Assembly (NCBI RefSeq): GCF_000017305.1
Contig: NC_009664.2
Coordinates: 1,950,001 to 1,982,000 of the forward strand
Direction of reading: 5' to 3'
Source of the DNA: Kineococcus radiotolerans SRS30216 = ATCC BAA-149
Lineage (GTDB): Bacteria > Actinomycetota > Actinomycetes > Actinomycetales > Kineococcaceae
DNA length: 32,000 nucleotides
This document shows positions 30,645 to 32,000 of this stretch, piece after piece. The notes under the pieces are model-generated. The model saw nothing but the letters and a program-made list of their open reading frames with translations, was not told where the DNA came from and made no database searches. The position numbers and the translations under genes are program-made. The first letter of the stretch is position 1; every line of letters starts with the position of its first letter.

Positions 30645-31025
30645 GTGGCGCGCACGGTCCTCGTCGTCGACGACGAGCCGCACCTGCGGGAGCTGGCCGC
30701 CCTCAGCCTGGAGCGCGTCGGCGGGTTCGCGGTCCTCACCGCCGGCTCCGCGGAGGAGTGCCTCGCCGCCGTCGCCGAGCACGGCCCCGACCTGGTGCTG
30801 CTGGACGCGATGATGCCCGGCACCGACGGGCCGGGGACGCTGGCGCGGTTGCGCGCCGCACCGGCGGGCGCCGCGGTGCCCGTGGTCTTCCTCACCGCCA
30901 GCGTGCAGCGCCACCAGGTCGCGCAGCTGGGGGCGCTGGACGTCCTGGGCGTCCTGAGCAAGCCGTTCGACCCGATGGAGCTGTCGGCGCAGGTCTGCGG
31001 GCTGGCGGGCTGGCACGGGCCGTGA
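30645..31025 (+). CDS. single-domain response regulator (CheY-like receiver)
   Basis: The GTG start has GAGGAGG 5 nt upstream. Receiver motifs: VLVVDDE, LVLLDAMMPGTDG, VVFLTAS, LSKPF. Confidence 0.9.
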   Translation: MARTVLVVDDEPHLRELAALSLERVGGFAVLTAGSAEECLAAVAEHGPDLVLLDAMMPGTDGPGTLARLRAAPAGAAVPVVFLTASVQRHQVAQLGALDVLGVLSKPFDPMELSAQVCGLAGWHGP

Positions 31026-32000
31026 CCTCCGCCGTCGCCGAACCCGCCGCCCTGCTCGCGGCCCCCGGCCGCACGGCCCTCGTCGTCGACGACGACGAGA
31101 TGATCTCCCACCTCGTCTCGGCCGGCCTGCGCGCCGCGGGCATGACCGTCGTGACCGCCTCCGACGGCCGCGAGGCCCTGCAGCGCCTCGCCGAGGCCGT
31201 GCCGGACGTCGTGGTCTCCGACGTCAACATGCCCGGCATGGACGGCTTCGCCCTCGTCAGCCGCCTGCGCGCCGAACCCGCCACCCGCGCGGTGCCGCTG
31301 GTGTTCCTCACCTCCCGCGCCGAGGCCTCCGACGCGCTCGCCGCGCTGCGGCTGGGCGCGGACGACTACGTGCGCAAGCCGTTCGACCTGACCGAGCTGG
31401 TGGCCCGGGTCGTGGCGAAGCTGGACCGCCCACCGGTACCGGTCGACCAGCTCCTGCACGACCCGCGCACCGGGCTGCTCTCGCCGTCCGCGATGGCCGC
31501 CGAGGTGGGCCGGGAGGTCGAACGGGCCGGCGCCGGGGGCCGGCAGGGGGCCCTGGCCGTCCTGGAGGTCGCGGAGCTGTCGCCGCTGCGGGCGCGGTTC
31601 GGCGCGCGCGGCGAGGCGGAGCTCGCGCTGCAGGTCGCGGCCGTGCTGGGGGCGGCGACCACGGCCGTCCCCGGTGCCCGGCTGGGCCGCGCCCAGGACG
31701 GGCGGTTCCTCGCGCTGCTGCCCGACGTCGCCCCCGACCGCGTGCACGAGCTGCTGGCGGAGGCGTCGCAGGAGGTGGTGCGTCGCCGCGTCACCGTCGC
31801 CGGGGAGGCCCTGGACCTGACGCCCGTCACCGGGTGGGTCGCCCTGACCGACGTCGTGGGCGCCGAGCACCCCGTGGACCCCGACGCCGACCCCCGCGGC
31901 GCTGCGGGGACCGGGGAGCGGGCCGTGGCCCTGGCCGCCACCGCGGCCGGGGCCGCCTCGATGCACCTGGACCTGCAGCCGGTGCGCTGGACGACGCAGC
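31022..32000 (+). CDS. response regulator with receiver domain fused to a degenerate GGDEF-like domain (partial, runs off window end)
   Basis: Not in the ORF track because there is no stop codon before 32000. My manual translation from GTG 31022 (GTGA overlap with the upstream stop) is open to the window end. Receiver: LVVDDDE, VVVSDVNMPGMDG, LVFLTSR, VRKPF. Then DPRTGLLSP ... LGRAQDGRFLALLP, where QDGRF replaces GGDEF and there is no RxxD. Confidence 0.8.
   Translation, partial: MTSAVAEPAALLAAPGRTALVVDDDEMISHLVSAGLRAAGMTVVTASDGREALQRLAEAVPDVVVSDVNMPGMDGFALVSRLRAEPATRAVPLVFLTSRAEASDALAALRLGADDYVRKPFDLTELVARVVAKLDRPPVPVDQLLHDPRTGLLSPSAMAAEVGREVERAGAGGRQGALAVLEVAELSPLRARFGARGEAELALQVAAVLGAATTAVPGARLGRAQDGRFLALLPDVAPDRVHELLAEASQEVVRRRVTVAGEALDLTPVTGWVALTDVVGAEHPVDPDADPRGAAGTGERAVALAATAAGAASMHLDLQPVRWTTQ

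Noticed and set aside
1-32000. Search by eye for tRNA/rRNA, CRISPR repeats, IS elements, integrases or prophage genes, and known defence-system hallmarks.
   Set aside because: None was found. There are no spaced direct repeats and no transposase, integrase or recombinase motifs. The only toxin-like element is the VapC pair, and the WYL regulator is paired with a DinB-fold gene rather than a defence cassette.

Overview
This is a high-GC, actinobacterial-type chromosomal window. My hand counts on sampled 60-nt lines give about 80% GC at 5041-5100, 60-70% inside the first 4 kb, and 43% at 601-660. I can support about 27 protein-coding genes. I saw no rRNA, tRNA, CRISPR array, transposase or integrase.

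The content is dominated by signal transduction:
- Six GGDEF/EAL-family (c-di-GMP) proteins: 4468-6696, 8702-10897, 10962-13343, 21846-24122, 27032-28657 and 31022 to beyond 32000.
- A PAS-LOV-GAF-PP2C photoreceptor-type phosphatase lying tail-to-tail with an RsbW-like anti-sigma kinase.
- A methyl-accepting chemotaxis protein.
- A soluble PAS histidine kinase with two response regulators.

Other genes are a 1059-aa secreted protein anchored by three CWB2 cell-wall-binding repeats (S-layer-like), a Phd/VapC toxin-antitoxin pair, an extended cold-shock-domain protein, OsmC, a Zn alcohol dehydrogenase, a divergent WYL-regulator/DinB pair, a 2-hydroxyacid dehydrogenase, a DAG-kinase-like lipid kinase and an alpha/beta hydrolase.

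I did not recognise a canonical phage-defence or biosynthetic cluster. The best candidates for new biology are:
1. A dense array of GTGAC/GTCAC-core sites in the 500-bp divergent region between the S-layer-like gene and an EAL phosphodiesterase, together with a compositional mosaic in that surface gene.
2. The LOV-gated PP2C / RsbW-like module.
3. The unusual local concentration of c-di-GMP enzymes with complementary domain degeneracy.

All domain calls are by-eye motif recognition. Nothing was verified by database search. Most long ORFs in the six-frame track are antisense or off-frame shadows typical of high-GC DNA.
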